Shown here one piece after another: positions 11,679 to 27,385 of a DNA stretch of 64,000 nucleotides. The translations under genes were made by a program, and so were the position numbers. The stretch lies in assembly GCF_009914755.1 (NCBI RefSeq), contig NC_060936.1; one strand, 5' to 3'. Below the pieces are notes generated by a model. The model had not been told where the DNA came from. It saw only the letters and a program-made list of their open reading frames with translations, and did not search any database. How positions within the stretch are numbered: the stretch's first letter is position 1; each line of letters opens with the position of its first letter. The DNA is from the human T2T-CHM13v2.0 reference genome, Homo sapiens.

Positions 11679-14600
11679 CATAATTTCTTTATCCACTTGT
11701 TGATTCATGGCCGTTTGGGCTGGTTTCATATTTTCGCAATTGCGAATTGTGCTGGTATAAACATGGGTGTGCAAGTATCTTTTTCGAATAATGACTTCTT
11801 TTCCTCTGGGTAGATACCCCACAGTGGGATTGCTGGATCAAATAGTAGTTCTACTTTTAGTTCTTTAAGGAATCTTCACATTATTTCCCATAGTGGTTAT
11901 ACTAGTTTACATTCCCACCAGCAGTGTGGAAGTGTTCCCTTTTCACCACATCCATGCAAACATCTGTTATCTTTTCATTTTTTGATTATGGCCATTCTTG
12001 CAAGAGTAAGGTGGCATCGCATTGTGATTTTGATTTGCATTTGTCTGATCATTAGTGATGTTGAGCAGTTTTTCATACGTTTGTTGGCTATTTGTATGTC
12101 TTCTTTTGAGACTTGTCTATTCATGTCCTTAGCCCACTTTTTGATGGGATTGTTTTTCTCTTGCTGATTTGTTAGAGTTCCTTGTACATTTGGATATTAG
12201 TCCTTTGTTGGAAGTATAAATTGTGAAGATTTTTCTCCCACTCTGTGGGTTGTCTGTTTACTCTGTTAATTGTTTCTTTTGCTGTGCAGAAACTTTTTCA
12301 GTTTAAGTCCCATCTATTTATCTTTGGTTTTGTTACATTTGCTTTTGGGTTCTTGGTAATGAAGTCTTTGCTTAAGCCAGTGTATAAAAGGGTTTTTCCA
12401 ATGTTATCTTCTAGAATTTTTGTGGTTTCAGGTCTTACATTTAAGTATTTGATCTATCTTGAGTTGCTTTTGTATAAGGTAAGAGATGAGGATCCAGTTC
12501 CATTCTTCTACATGTGGCTAGCCAGTTATTCCAGCACCATTTGTTGAATAGGGTGTCCTTTCCCCACTTTATGTTTTTGTTTGCTTTGTTAAAGATCAGT
12601 TGGCTGTAAGTACTGGGCTTTATTTCTGGGTTCTCTATTCTGTTCCATTGGTCTATCTGCCTATTTTTATACCAGTACCATGCTATTTTGGTGACTATGG
12701 CCTTATAGTATAGTTTAAAGTAAGGTATTGTGAAGCCTCCAGATTTGTTCTTTTTGCTTAGCTTTTCTTTGGCTATGTGGACTCTTTTGGTTCCATATGA
12801 ATTTTAGGATTTTTTTTTCTAGTTCTTTAAAGAATGATGGTGGTATTTTGATGGGAATTGCATTGAATTTGTAGATTGTTTTTGGCAGTATGGTCATTTT
12901 TTTTTTGAATATTGAGTCTACCTATCCATGAGCATGAGATGTGTTTCCATTTGTTTGTGTCATCAGTGATTTCTTTCAGCAGTGTTTTGTAGTTTTCCTT
13001 TTAGATCTCTTTTACCTCCTTGGTTAGGTATATTCCTAAGTATTTTATTTATTTTTTTTGCAGCTATTGTAAAAGGGGTTGAGTCCTTGATTTGATTCTC
13101 AGCTTGGTTGCTGTTGTTGTATAGCAGAGCTACTGATTTGTGTACATTAATTTTGTATCCTGAAACTTTGCTGAATTTATTTATAAGTTTTAGGGGCTTT
13201 TTGGAGGAGTCTTTAGGGTTTTCTAGGTATATGATCATATCATCAGCAAACAGCGACTGTTTGACTTTGACTTCCTCTTTACCAATTTGGATGCACTTTA
13301 TTTCTTTGGCTAGTCTGATTGCTCTGGCTAGGACTTCCAATACTATGTTGAATAGAAGTGGTGAGAGTGAGCATCCTTGCTGTGTTCCAGTTCTTAGGGG
13401 GAATGTTTTCAGCTTTTTCTCATTCAGTATAATGTTGGCTGTGGGTTTGTCATAGATGGCTTTTATTACGTTAAGGTATGTTCCTTCTATGCTGATTTTG
13501 CTGAGGATTTAAACCATAACATGATGCCACATTTTGTAAAATGCTTTTTCTGCATCTATTGAGAGATCATGTGATTTTTTGTTTTTAATTCCGTTTATGT
13601 GGTGTATCACATTTATTGACTTGTGTACGTTAAACCATCCCTACATCCCTTGTATGAAACCCACTTGGTCATGGTGGATTATCTTTTCAATATGCTGTTT
13701 GATTTGGTTTGCTAGTATTTTGTTGAGGATTTTTGCATCTATGTTCATTAGGGATATTGGTTTCTAGTTTTCTTTTTTTGTTATGTCCTTTCCTGGTTTT
13801 GGTGTTAGAGTGAACTGGCTTCATAGACTGATTTAGGGAGGATTTCCTCTTTTTCTATCTTATCAGATAGTGTCAATAGAATTGGTACCAATTCTTTGAA
13901 TGTCTGATAGAATTCAGCTGTTAATCCATCTGGTCCAGGACTTTTTTTGTTGGCAGTTTTTTTATTGCCATTTCAATCTCACTGCTGGTTATTGGCCTGT
14001 TCAGTTTCTATTTCTTCCTGGTTTAATCTGGGAGGGTTGTATATTTCCAGGAATTTACCCATTTCCTCTAGGTTTTCTAGTTTATGTGCATAAAGGTGTT
14101 CATAGTAGCATTGAATAATCTTTTGTATTTCTGTGATATCAGTTGTAATATCTCCCATTCCATTTCTAATTGAGCTTATTTAGATCTTCTCTCTTCTTTT
14201 CTGGTTAATCTTGCTAATGGTCTATCAATTTTATTTTTTTGAAAGAACCTGCTTTTGGTTTCATTTATCTTTGAATTTCTTTTGTTTTCAATTTATTTAA
14301 TTCTGCTCCAATCTTGGTTATTTCCTTTCTTCTGCTGGGTTTGCGTTTGGCTTGTTTTTGTTTCTCTAGTTCCTTGAGGTGTGACCTTAGATTTTGTGTT
14401 CTTTCAGACTTTTCGATGTAGGGATTTAAGGGTATGAACTTTCCTCTTAGCACTGTCTTTGCTGTATCCCAGAGGCTTTGATAGGTTGTGTCACTATTAT
14501 TCAGTTCAAAAAATTTTTAAATTTCCATCTTGATTTCTTTGTTGACCCAGCAATCATTCAGGAGCAGGTTATTTAATTTCCATGTATTTGCATGGTTTTG

Positions 14601-15713
14601 AGGGTTCCTTTTGGAGTTGATTTCCAATTTTATTCCACCATGGTCCGAGAGAGTACTTGATATAATTTCAATTTTCTCAAATTTATTGAGAGTTGTTTTG
14701 TGGCCTATCATATGGCCTATCTTAGAGAAAGTTCCATGTGCTGATAAATAGAATGTATAGTCTGTAGTTGTTTGGTAGAATGTTCTGTAAATATCTGTTA
14801 AGTCCATTTTTTCCAGGGTATAGTTTAAATCCATTGTTTCTTTGTTGACTTTCTCTCTTGATGACCTGTCTAGTGCTGTCAGTGGAGTATTGAAGTCCCC
14901 CAAATTATTGTGTTGCTACTCATTTCTTGGCTCTGGTAGTAATTGTTTTATAAATTTGGGAGCTCCAGTGTTAGATAGATATATATTTAGGATTGTGATA
15001 TTTTCCAGTTGGACAAGTCCTTTTATCATCCTATCATGTTCCTTGCTGTTGCTTTAAAGCTTGTTTTGTCTGATATAAGAATAGCTACTTCTGCTGGTTT
15101 TTGGTGTCCATTTGCATGGAATATCTTTTTCCACCCCCTTACCTTAAGTTTATGTGAGTCCTTATGTATTAGGTGAGTCTCTTGAAGACAGAAGATAGTT
15201 GGTTGGTGAATTCTTATCCATTCTGCCAATCTGAATCTTTTAAGTGGAGCATTTAGGCCATTTACATGCAACATTAGTATTGAGATGTGAGGTACCATTC
15301 TATTATTGTGCTATTTGTTGCCTGAATAACTTGTTTTTTTCCCTTGTGTTTTTGTTTTATAGGTCCTGTGAGATTTATGCTTAAGGAAGTTCTATTTTGG
15401 TGTGTTTTGGGGATTTGTTTCAAGATTTAGAGTTCCTTTTAGCAATTCCCATAGTGCTGGTTTGGTAGTGGTGATTTCTCTCAGCTTTGTTTGTCTGAAA
15501 AAGACTATCTTTCCTCCATTTACAAAGCTTAGTTTTGCTGGATACCAAATTCTTCGTTGATAATTATTTTGTTTAAGAAGCCTAAAGATAGGGCCCCAAT
15601 CCCTTCTAGCTTTTAGGGTTTCTGCTGAAAAATCTGCTGTTAGTCTGACAGGTTTTCCTTTATAGGTTACCTGATACTTTTGCCTCATGGCTTTTAAGAT
15701 TCTTTCCTTTGTC

Positions 15714-15999
<286 letters not shown>

Positions 16000-16262
16000 A
16001 AGATTCTTTCCTTTGTCTTAACTTTAGATAACCTGATGCCTATGTGCCTAGGTGATGATCTTTTTGTGATAAATTTCCCTGGTGTTCTTTGAGCTTCTTG
16101 TATTTAGTTGTCTAGATCTCTAGCAACACTGGGGGAATTTTCCTCGATTATTCCATCAAATATGTTTTCCAAGCTTTTAGATTTATCTTCTTCCTCAGGA
16201 ACACCAATTATTCTTATGTTCGGTTGTTCAACATTATCTCAAACTTCCTGGAGGCTTTGTTC

Positions 16263-16534
16263 TTTTTTTTTTTTTTTTTTTTTTGAGATGGAGTCTCCCT
16301 TTGTCACCCAGGCTGGAGTGCAATGGCATGATCTCGGCTCACTGCAACCTTTGCCTCCTGAGTAGCTGGGATTACTGGTTCCCACCACCATGCCCGGCTA
16401 ATTTTTGTATTTTTAGTAGAGATGGGGTTTCACCACATTGGCCAGGCAGGACTCGAACTCCTGACCTCAGGTGATCTGCTGGCCTTGGCCTCCCAAAGTG
16501 CTAGGATTACAGGTGTGAGCCACTGCATCTGACT
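16263..16534 (-). mobile_element. AluS with ~32-bp internal deletion
   Basis: Poly-T then Alu antisense; 'gcctcctg|agtagctggg' lacks the GGTTCAAGCGATTCTCCTGCCTCA segment; TSD-like ctttgtt. Confidence 0.92.
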
Positions 16535-18082
16535 GACTTTGTTAATTTTTAAAAATTCTTATTTCTTTGCCTTTGTTGGATTGAGTTAATTCAAAAGTCT
16601 TGTCTTCATGCTCCAAAGTTCTTCCTTCTACTTCTTGATTCGATTGCTGAGACTTGCCATTATATTTTGCAGTTCTCTAAGTGTGTCTTTCATTTCCAGA
16701 AGTTGTGATTGTTTTTCGTTTATGTTATCTATTTCACTAAAGGTTTTCCCCTTCATATCTTGTATCATTTTTTTAATTTCATTTAGTTGGACTTTACCTT
16801 TCTTTGGTGCCTCGTTGATTAGATTAATAATTGACCTTCTGAATTCTTTTTCTGTCAATTCAGTGATTTCTTCATGGTTTAGATCCATTGCTAGTGAGCT
16901 AGTGTGATTTTTGGGGGTATTAAATAACCTTGTTTTATATTACCAGAAATGTTTTTCTGGTTCCTTCTCATTTGGATAGACTACATGAGGGAATATCTGG
17001 GGCTCAAGGGCTGCTGTTCAGATTCCTTTTTTCCAAGAGCACCTTGATGTGGTGCTCTCTCTGTTCCCCTAGGGATGTGGCTTCCTGAGAGCCTAACTGC
17101 AGTGATTGTTATTTTTCTTCTGCATCTAGCTACCCAGTGGAGCTACCAGGCTCTGGGCTGGTGCTGGGCTTATCTGCACAGAGTCCTGTGATGTGAACTG
17201 TCTTCAGGTCTCTCAGCCATGGATATCAGCACTCACTCCAGAGGAGGTGGCAGGGGAGTGAAGTGGACTCTGTGAGGGTCCTTGTTTATAGTTTTGTTTA
17301 TTGTGCTAGTTTTGTGTTGGTTGATCTCCAACCAGGAGATGGTGCTTTCAAGAGAGCATCAGCTGTGATAGTATAGGGAGGATGAGACAGTGGGTGGGGC
17401 CATAGAGCTCCCAAGAGGTTATGTCCTTTGTTTTCGACTACCAGGGTGGGTAGAGAAAGACCATCAGGTTGGTGCAGAGTTAGGTGTATCTGAGCTTAAC
17501 TCTCCTTGCTGGGGCTTGCTGCAGCTGTTGTGGGGGCTAGGGGTGTGGCTCTCAGACCAATGGAGTTATGTTCCTGGGTGGGTTATGGCTGGCTGCCTCT
17601 GCTGTGTCATGCAAGTCACCAGGGAAGTGGAGGAAAGCCGGCAGTTATAGGCCTCACCCAGCTCCCATGCAGCCCCAAAGGCTGGTCTCACTACTATCGT
17701 GCCCCCTCAACAGCACCGACTTCATATCTGGGCAGGGGGTGAGCAAAGCTGAGAACTTGTCCCAGGCTGCCAGCCTCCCAGCTGAGAAAGCAAGCAGGGA
17801 TTTCAGGTTTTGTGCCTCCTTGCCTGCTGTGGCTTTGGTGCTGTGTCTGCACTTCCAATTCACCCGTTCTCCCAGGTTCTGTCCAGGAAACTGTCCATTT
17901 GGTCAAAATTGTTACAAAGTTCAGCTGGAAGTTTTCTTCTCCCTGTGGTCTTTTCCTTGTTCCTCTCAAGGACCTCCCCAAGGACCCCTGTGAGACAAAG
18001 TAAGAAATGGCTTCCCTGGGGACTAAGAGTGCCTACGGGCTCTTCCTGCTGCTTCTTCTACGTCTGTAGTTTGCTCGGCTAG

Positions 18083-18210
18083 AATAGTTTTAGTTTTACA
18101 GAAAAGTTGCAAAGATAGTACAGAGTCTTCTTGTGTAGCTCTCACTCAGTATTCCATATTGTTTTATCTTACTATGTCATTTGTCACAAGTAATGAACTA
18201 ATGTTGATAT
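18083..18210 (-). mobile_element. L1MC/MD 3'-end fragment, target of the L1PB insertion
   Basis: 'tttacagaaaagttgcaaagatagtacagag'; continues from ~11200 across the TSD. Confidence 0.6.
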
Positions 18211-20964
18211 AGTTTTTAATTGTATGTATTTAAAGTGTACAATTTGATGATGTGATAAACATATACATTGTGAAATAATCATCACAATCAAGCTAATGAA
18301 TGTATCATCAACTCACATAGTTACTTTTTTTATGATAAGAAACCTTAGGATCTACTTCTTAGCAAATTTCAAGTATACATTAAAGTATTGTTACCTACAG
18401 TCATCATGCTATACGTTAGATTTCCAGAATGTATTCATTTTGCACAACTGAAACTTGGCACCAATTGACCAACATCTCTTCATATTCCGCCTTTCGCAGC
18501 CCCTCATCACCACTATCCTCCTCTCTGCTTCTATGAATTTGACTATTTTAGATTCCACATTTAAGTGAGATTTGTGGAATCTAATTTGTGGAATGTAGTA
18601 TTTGTCTTTCTGTGTGTGGTCTATTTCACTTAGCATAATGTTCTATGAGTTCATTCATGTCACAAATGACAGAATTTTCTATTTTAAAGGCTGAAAAATA
18701 TTCCACTGTATGTATATACTACATTTTCTTATCCATTCATCTGTCAATGAACATTTAGATTGTTTCCATATCTTGGCTATTGTGAATAATGCTGTAATAA
18801 ACATAGGTATCTCTTTAATATCCAGATTTCAATTCTTTTGAAATCGCAAAAGGGTGATAACTGGGTCATGTGGTAGTTCTATTTTAATTTTTTAAAGAAA
18901 CTCCATAGTGTTTTCCATAATGGCTGTACTCATTTACATTCTCACTAATAATGTGTAAGGGTTCCCTTTTCTCCAAATCTTTGCCAGCCAACACTTGTTA
19001 TTTATTTATTTATTTTTAATAATAGCCATCTTAACAGGTGTGAAATGATATCTCCCTGTGATTTTTGATTTGCATTTTCCTCATGGTTACTCATGTGAGC
19101 ACCTTTTCATATGCCTATTGGTTATTTGTATGTCTTCTTTGGACAAAAGTCTATTCACGTTCTTTGCCCATTTAAAAATCAGATTGATTGTTCCTTTGCT
19201 ATTGAGTTGTATGTGCTCCTTACTTATTTTGGAAATTAACCCCTTATTAGATACACAGTTTGCAAATATATTTTTTCATTGTTTAGGTTGCTTTTTCATT
19301 GTTGATTGTTTCCTTTGCTGTGCAGAAGCTTTTTATTTTGATGTAATCTTACTTGTTTATTTTTGGTTTCATTGCATATGCTTTTGGTGTCAAAGTCTAA
19401 AAATTGTTGCTGAGAACAATGTCAAAAAGTTGTTTCCCCCATATTTTTTTCTAGGGGTATTATTGTTTCAGGTCTTAATATACTGTGATTTGATTGGTGT
19501 GCATGGTGTAAGATAAGGGTTCAATTTCATCTTTTATGTGTGGATATCCAGCTTTTCCAACACGATTTATTGGAGAGACTATCTTTACTCCATTGTGTAT
19601 TCTTGGAACCCTTGTTGAACATTAGTTGGCCGTATATGTGTGGATTAATTTCTGGGTTCTTGATTCTGTTCCATTGGCCTATGTGTCTGTTTTTATGGTA
19701 GTGACATACTCTTTTGATTATTATAGCTTCGTAGGAGATTTTGAAATCAGGAAGTGTGATGCCTCCAGCTTTATTCTTCTTACTCAAGATTGCTGTGATT
19801 ATTCAGGGTCTTTGTGGTTCCATGCAAATTTTAGGATTGTTTTTTCTATTTCTGTAAAAAATTCTATGTAAATTTTGATAAGGTTTGCATTGAATTTGTA
19901 CAGTGCTTTGGGTAGTATGAACATTTTAACAATATTAAGTCTTATTTCTTTTATCAATGTTTTATAGTTCTCAGTGTATAGTTTCACCTTGGTTATTATA
20001 CTCCTAAGCATTTTCTTCTTTTTGATGATCTCGTAAATGGGATTGCTTTCTTTTTGGATAGTTTGTTATTGCAGTATAGAAACACGGCTAATTTTTTATG
20101 TTGACTTTATATGATACCACTTTACTGAATTCATTTATTAGTTCTAACAGTTTTTTTTTCATGAAGTCTTCTGTATATGAGACCATGCCATCTGCAAACA
20201 GAGACAGTTTTATGTCTTCTTTTCCTATGTGGATACCTTCTATTTTCCTCTGCCTCCTCTTTTAGTTTTTTGGCCTAATTGCTCTGGCAAGGACATCCAG
20301 TACTGTATTGAATAGAAGTGGTGAGAGTGGACATCCTTGTCTTATTCCTGATCTTAGAAGAAAATCTCAGCTTTCACCATTGACTATGTTATCCGTGAAC
20401 TTGTCATCTATGGCTTTTATTATGTTAAGACACTTATCTTGTATATCTAATTTGTTAAGAGTTTTTATCACGCAAAAATATTGAATTTTGTCAAATTTTT
20501 TTTCTTCGTTTAATGAGATGGTCCTTCTAATGAGATTTCTTATTCTAATGAAATAATTTTTATCCTTCATTCTATTAGTGTGGTATGTCATGTTGATTTA
20601 TTTATTTTGAACCATCCTTACATCCCAGGGATAAATCTTAAACATAGTATATCATCCTTTTAATGTGCTGTTGAATATGGTTTGCTAGTATTTTGTTAAG
20701 GATTTGGTCCTGGGCTTTTCTTTGTTGGGAGGCTTTTGTTTATTGCTTCACTCTCCTTACTTTTTATTGGTCTGTTCACATTTTTCTATTTTTTCATGAT
20801 TCTTGGTAGGTTGTATGAGTTTAGGAATTTATCAATGTCTTCTAGCTTGTGAAATTCGTTGCAGCAGAATTGTTCATATATTCTCATACGATCTTTTGTA
20901 TTTCTGTGGTATCAGTTGTAATGTCTTCTCTTTCATTTATTCTTTTATTTATTTGAGTCTTGTC

Positions 20965-21152
20965 TGTTTTTTCTTCTTCTTTTTAGTTCTAGGGTACATG
21001 TGCAAGATGTGCAGGTCTGTTACATAGGTAATCATGTGCCATAGTGGTTTACTGCGCCTGTCAACCCATCACCTAGGTATTAAGCCCAGAATGCATTAGC
21101 CATCCTTTCTAATATTCTCTCTCCCCCTACCATACCCCACCAGCAGGCCCCA
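20965..21152 (-). mobile_element. Short L1PA (older, roughly PA8-PA10) 3' end
   Basis: 'gggtacatgtgcaagatgtgcaggtctgttacataggtaa...cacctaggtattaagccc'. Confidence 0.8.
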
Positions 21153-21598
21153 TCTTTTTTCTTTGTATAGCTAAAGGTTTGTCAATGTTGTTTATCTTTT
21201 CAGAAACCAATTCTTAGTTTCAATAATGTTTCTAGTTTGTTTCATTTATTTCTGCTCTGATCTTTATTATTTCTCTTTTGTTCACTTTGGGGTTAGTATG
21301 TTTTTCTCATTACGTGAGGTACAAAGTTATTATTTATTTATTTATTTATTCAAGAGTGTGTTGTGAAATTTCCAAAATTTCCCTTGTATTTTTAGTTTCA
21401 TGCCATTGTGATTGGAAAAGACATTTGACATTTAAATCTTAAATTTGGTCATACTTGTTTTGTGGCTTAACACATGATTTATCCTGAAGAATGTTTTATG
21501 TGCCCATGAGAAAAATGTGTATTCCGTTGCTGTTAGATTGAATGTTCTGTATATGTCTGTTAAGTTCATTTTGTCTACAGTATTGTTCAAGCCCACTA

Positions 21599-21894
<296 letters not shown>

Positions 21895-23480
21895 AAGTCC
21901 ACCATTTTTTAAAGTTGATTTTCTGCCTGAATGATCTATCCAATGCTGAAAGTAGAGCACTGAAATCCCCTGCTATTATTGTATTGCCGTCTATTTCTCC
22001 TTTCAGCTCTATTAATATTTGCTTTATATATTTAGATGCTTCAATGCTGGGAACATATATAATTGTTATACACTTCTGATGAACTGACCCTTTTTTCATT
22101 GTACAATGACCTTCTTTACCTCTTGTTATGGTTTTTGACTCGTAGTCTATTTTACCTGATATAAGTGTAGCCACCCAGTTTGGTTTCCATTTGCATGTGA
22201 TATCTTTCTCCATCATTTTACTTTCATCCTATGTGTCTTCAGAGCTAAAGTGAGTCTCTTATAGGCAGAGTATAGTTAGATCTTGTTTTTTAATCTATTC
22301 AACCACTCTATGTCTTTTGAGTGCAGAATTTAATCCACTTATAATTAAGTAATTATTGATAGGTTAGGAGTTACTATTGCCATTTTGTTAATGTTTTCTG
22401 GCTGTATTGTAGATTATTTGTTCCCTTCTTTTTCTTTTGTTGTCTTCCTTTGTAATTTGATGGGTTTTTTTGTAGTTTTATGTTTTGATTCCTTTTTCTT
22501 TATCTATTGTGCATAATAGATTTTTTCTTGTGATTAGCATGAGGCTTACTTAAAACATCTTACAACATTCTGTCTTCAGCTGATAACAACTTAACTTTGA
22601 TTATAAAAACTATATTTTTTACTTCCCTACCTTTTATTTATATTAGTATCTACATTTTTAAAAATAATGTGTCCTTTATTGAATTATTATAGCTATATTT
22701 TAATACTTTCAACTTTTATACTAGTGTTAAAAGTGATTTATGCACAATCATTCAGTATTAAAGTATTCTGAATTTGACTATATACTTACTTTTACCAGTA
22801 AGTTTTATACTTTCATGTACTTTCATGTTTCTCTTTAGTGGCCATTTGCTGCAGCTGAAGAAATCCCTTTAGCATTTCTTGTAGGGAAGTTCTAGTGCTG
22901 ATGAACTCCTTCAGATTTTGTTTGTCTGAGAAAGTCTTTCTCTCCTTCACTGAGGAAGGATAGGTTTGTTGGGTAAGTTATTAATTGATTTTTTTCCCCT
23001 CCTGCCTTTGGATATATCAGGCATTCTCTCCTGGCATGCAAGATTTCTGCTGAGAAATCTGCTCATAGTCTTGTGAAGGTTTCCTTATATGTGACACATC
23101 ACTTTTGTTGCTTTCAAAATTTTCTCTTTAACTTTTGACAATTTGATTATAATGTTTCTTGGTGAATATCTTTTGATGTTCTACCTATTTGATATTTTCT
23201 GGGCCTCATGGATCTGGACGCTCATTTCCCTCCCCTGATTTTTCATTATTTATGTAAATAACCTTTCTGACCCATTCTCCCTTTCTGTTACTTCTGGAAC
23301 TTCTATGATATGTACATTATTTCTCTTGATGATGTCCCATGTCATATAGGCATTCTTTACTTTTTTATTATTTTTTCTTTTTGTTCTTCTGATTGAATAA
23401 TTCAGATGATCTATCTTTGAGTTCACCGATTCTTCTCCTTGATAGAGTCTGCTATTAAAACTATTGAATTTTTCATATCA

Positions 23481-23621
23481 TTTTCTTTCTTCCTTTCTTT
23501 TCCTTTCCTTTCCTTTCCTTTCCTTTCCTTTCCTTTCCTTTCCTTTCCTTTCCTTTCCTTTCCATCCTTCCTTTCCCTCCCTCCTTCCCTTCCTTCCTTC
23601 CTTCCTTCCTTTCTTCCTTTG
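23481..23621 (+). repeat. (CCTTT)n/(CCTT)n polypyrimidine tract, probably an expanded Alu tail
   Basis: Read directly; abuts the 3' end of the antisense Alu. Confidence 0.9.
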
Positions 23622-23907
<286 letters not shown>

Positions 23908-26503
23908 AATTATTATATGTTTTAACTGTAGAATTTATTTTTGGTTCTTTTTATGTTTTCTATCTCTTTGTTGAATTTTTTATTTTGTTCACGTATTGTT
24001 TTTCTGATATTGTTTATTTGCTTGTATGTCTTCTCTTGCAGCTTACTGAGCTTCTTTGCAACTATTACTTTGAATTCTTTACAGGGGATTTCATAGATCT
24101 CCATTTATTTGGGGTCAGCTACTGGAGTTTTGTTTTGCTCCTTTGGTGTTATGTTTCCTTGATTCTTCATGTTCCTTGACATCTTGGATTGCTATCTTCA
24201 CATTTGAAAAACAGTTCTTTCTTCTAGTCTTTACTGAGACTGCTTTAGGAGAGAAAGACCTTAACTCAAGAAAGCCCAGCCAGACATTTTGGGGTTTTTG
24301 CAGGGCTTTTCTATGGATGCACCCTCCCCGCTCCTTTTTTTCCCTCTTGGAGAGGAAGTCTTAGGATTGTGTGCCTTCTCTTAATCCTGCAAAATTGAGC
24401 CAGGTGTGGAGAACTTTCTGTTTATTTTCCTCATGGCAGTGCTTGAAAGTGTTCAAGGTTGCACTCCTTCTTCCGATCTCACAAGTTGAGCTAGCTGCTG
24501 CTGTCTTCATGCTGTCTGTGGGTATTTGCTTGCACCCTCTGCAGGGGCTTGCCCTTGCTGTGAGTGAAAGCTTGGGTTCTATCTGTGGGAGGGTGTACAT
24601 GCCATCTGCAGAGGCCTGTGTGAGCTATCTCAGGGGTACATGTGGACTGCTAGGGACATGTGTTGGCCACTGGGGAGTGATTACAGGTGAGGTCACCCAT
24701 GGGGTTTGTAGACAGGCCTCTTGGTGGAGTCCACAAACCAGTTAGTAGGACCTGTGGCCTGTCCTGAGATCTATGCAGTGGTTGCTGTGAACTCCACCTC
24801 CTTTTTCCTGCTTCTGTCTCTCCCCAGACTATCCAGCTGTGCTGATTCCCTCAGTGATCTGGAGGGGATGAGGCAGGCGTTGGCCTCTTGGGCAATGTCT
24901 TGTGAGTCTGAAGAAACCAGGCACTTACTTCACCCTTATTTTTCCCCATGGGAGAAAACTACAGGCTGAGGAGGTCTCTCTTGACATTAAGCTGTGCTGC
25001 CTTGAGGGAGAGATGATGCAGGTAAAGTGAAACTGTTCTTCTCACTTAATCACTGCATCTGTCCTCATTTTTTTTGCTCTAATGCAGTGCTAGAATGTCT
25101 CTCCTGGACTTCTGGGTTAACACAGAGGTATTCCTGTCTGTGGATGGTTGTCAAAAATCAGTGTTTCTGTGACAGTATGAGGACTGCAATCTCCTATTTT
25201 GCCCTCTCCTATTTGTTTATGTATCTCTTTATTATTGTACCCAAGAGCAAAGTATTTTCCTAATTTAAAGTATGTTAAATTTCCTACTCACTCTTCTCTT
25301 TAGAATTATATGCTGGCTCTTTCTTAGCACTGTGTCTTCCAGATAAATAATAGCGTTTGTCAGGTATGAAAAATGTTCAGTTTAAATTATATTTAAATTT
25401 TGGGATTTATCCAAATTTAGATTACCATTTGGGAATTGATGGTTGTAAAATATGAAGTTTCCCCCCACCCCAGGAGCATGGTAACTCTCTCCTTTGTTCT
25501 GGTCCTTTCTCTTAGTAAAATGTACTTCTTATTTACAGTGATCATTTTTTGTGAGGTTTATAATTTGTGTTGGCTATTGTGAATTGGATGCCTTAAACAT
25601 ATTTTCTAAGTGTTAGAAATATTTTTGAATTGTTTATTCCAATGAATACTATTAATTTTCCTATATTATCTTGTAATGTCATTTTACTGCACTCCCCAAT
25701 TTCCCTTAACATTCTTCAGGTGATGGTTTTGGAGCCCTTTAATTCTTAAGGAACATTTTTAGGCCCGATGTGGGATAAATTACAAAATAATTATCACTTG
25801 GTCCCCAACTTTTTAATAAAGGATGGTACATCCATTTGTTACACAGACAGCAGCAGCTTTATCTCAGACATTTTCCCACGTCTCTCTCCTGCTTACCTGC
25901 ACTATTTTCAGATCGTGCTTTTTTGCCTTATCCATACCCCGGCTCTTGCTCTTATTTAGGTAACCCATTAGGAACCCAAATTCCAATTGCACCCCTGTAT
26001 ACTTTCTTGGTCTCAGGGTACCTCCAGATTCAAGTGTGAGGTGATCCCTCTACCAGCTTCAGCTTTTCAGAGCTGTCTTCCTTTCCCCCTCTCTCCCATA
26101 CTGGGCTAGAACAGTGAAAATAAATAACCCCACTTTATCATACTTGGTTTTTCCAAGTACCTAAATGGAATTGTTTGAAAATAATAGTAACTTACTTTTC
26201 ATTGAGAAATACTACATTCTAGATATTTTGTGAAGTTCTAGGTAAAGGAGTTGTGAATATTGCAGGCATGCTACCCATCCTCATGGAACTCGTGTTCTAT
26301 GGAATCTCCAATACCGAAGGGGAAGTCTTCCACACTTTTTCCAGGGGTCCTTGCTAGTGCTGGGATTCTTTAGGCCTTTAGGTCCTTCTACCATCCCCAA
26401 TGCAAGATTTGCCTTCACTTCCACTGTCAATGTTTGGGAGAGTGGGGAGTTATAACCAGATGGAATAAAAAAGATTTTTATTAAAAAGAAATAATACACC
26501 TGA

Positions 26504-26864
<361 letters not shown>

Positions 26865-27265
26865 TTCATTTTTATGTACAGTCATTATTTCTCCTACTTT
26901 TTCATAAATTCCTATAGGAACAAGGTCTTAGCTCATACACTTTTCACTGTCCAGAGCATAGCCAACAATTTTGCACAGAGTTGAAGCTCAGTAAATATTT
27001 ACTGCCTCTCTGGAAGGGGTAACTTGATAATATCCTTCCAACTCTTTCAGTTGTTCTCATTTAGTTGGTTCCCTAAGGCACTTCCAGTGACAACTCACTG
27101 CACCTTCCTTGAGGTTTGGAGTTTTAAAAAAGCAAGGGCAAAAATGGGCATGCAAAATGGTGATGGCAGCAGTTGTGGTCTTGGGTGGCATATTTGCCAT
27201 GTTAAATGAGAGCACTCACTCTCATCTGTGGTTTGCTAATTATTGTTTTTTTTTTTTTCTTGCAG

Positions 27266-27385
27266 AACAAAGAAGAAAAAGTTTCTTTTAAAGAAAGGCC
27301 AAAGAATTATTATAGATCTTTTCTTTCGACATTCCTAAACAAGAACAGGCCTAGATGGTGTCATTTTCAATTCTTGTCCTAACTG
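27266..27385 (+). other. Candidate 120-nt non-coding exon
   Basis: Branch-point-like gctaat (27235-27240), T13 tract, TGCAG acceptor (AG at 27264-27265); donor CTG|GTATTG or ATT|GTATGA; unique sequence; stops in all three frames. Confidence 0.4.

Noticed and set aside
17000-18080. GC-richer segment as a host gene promoter
   Set aside because: It is the CpG-depleted L1PB 5'UTR
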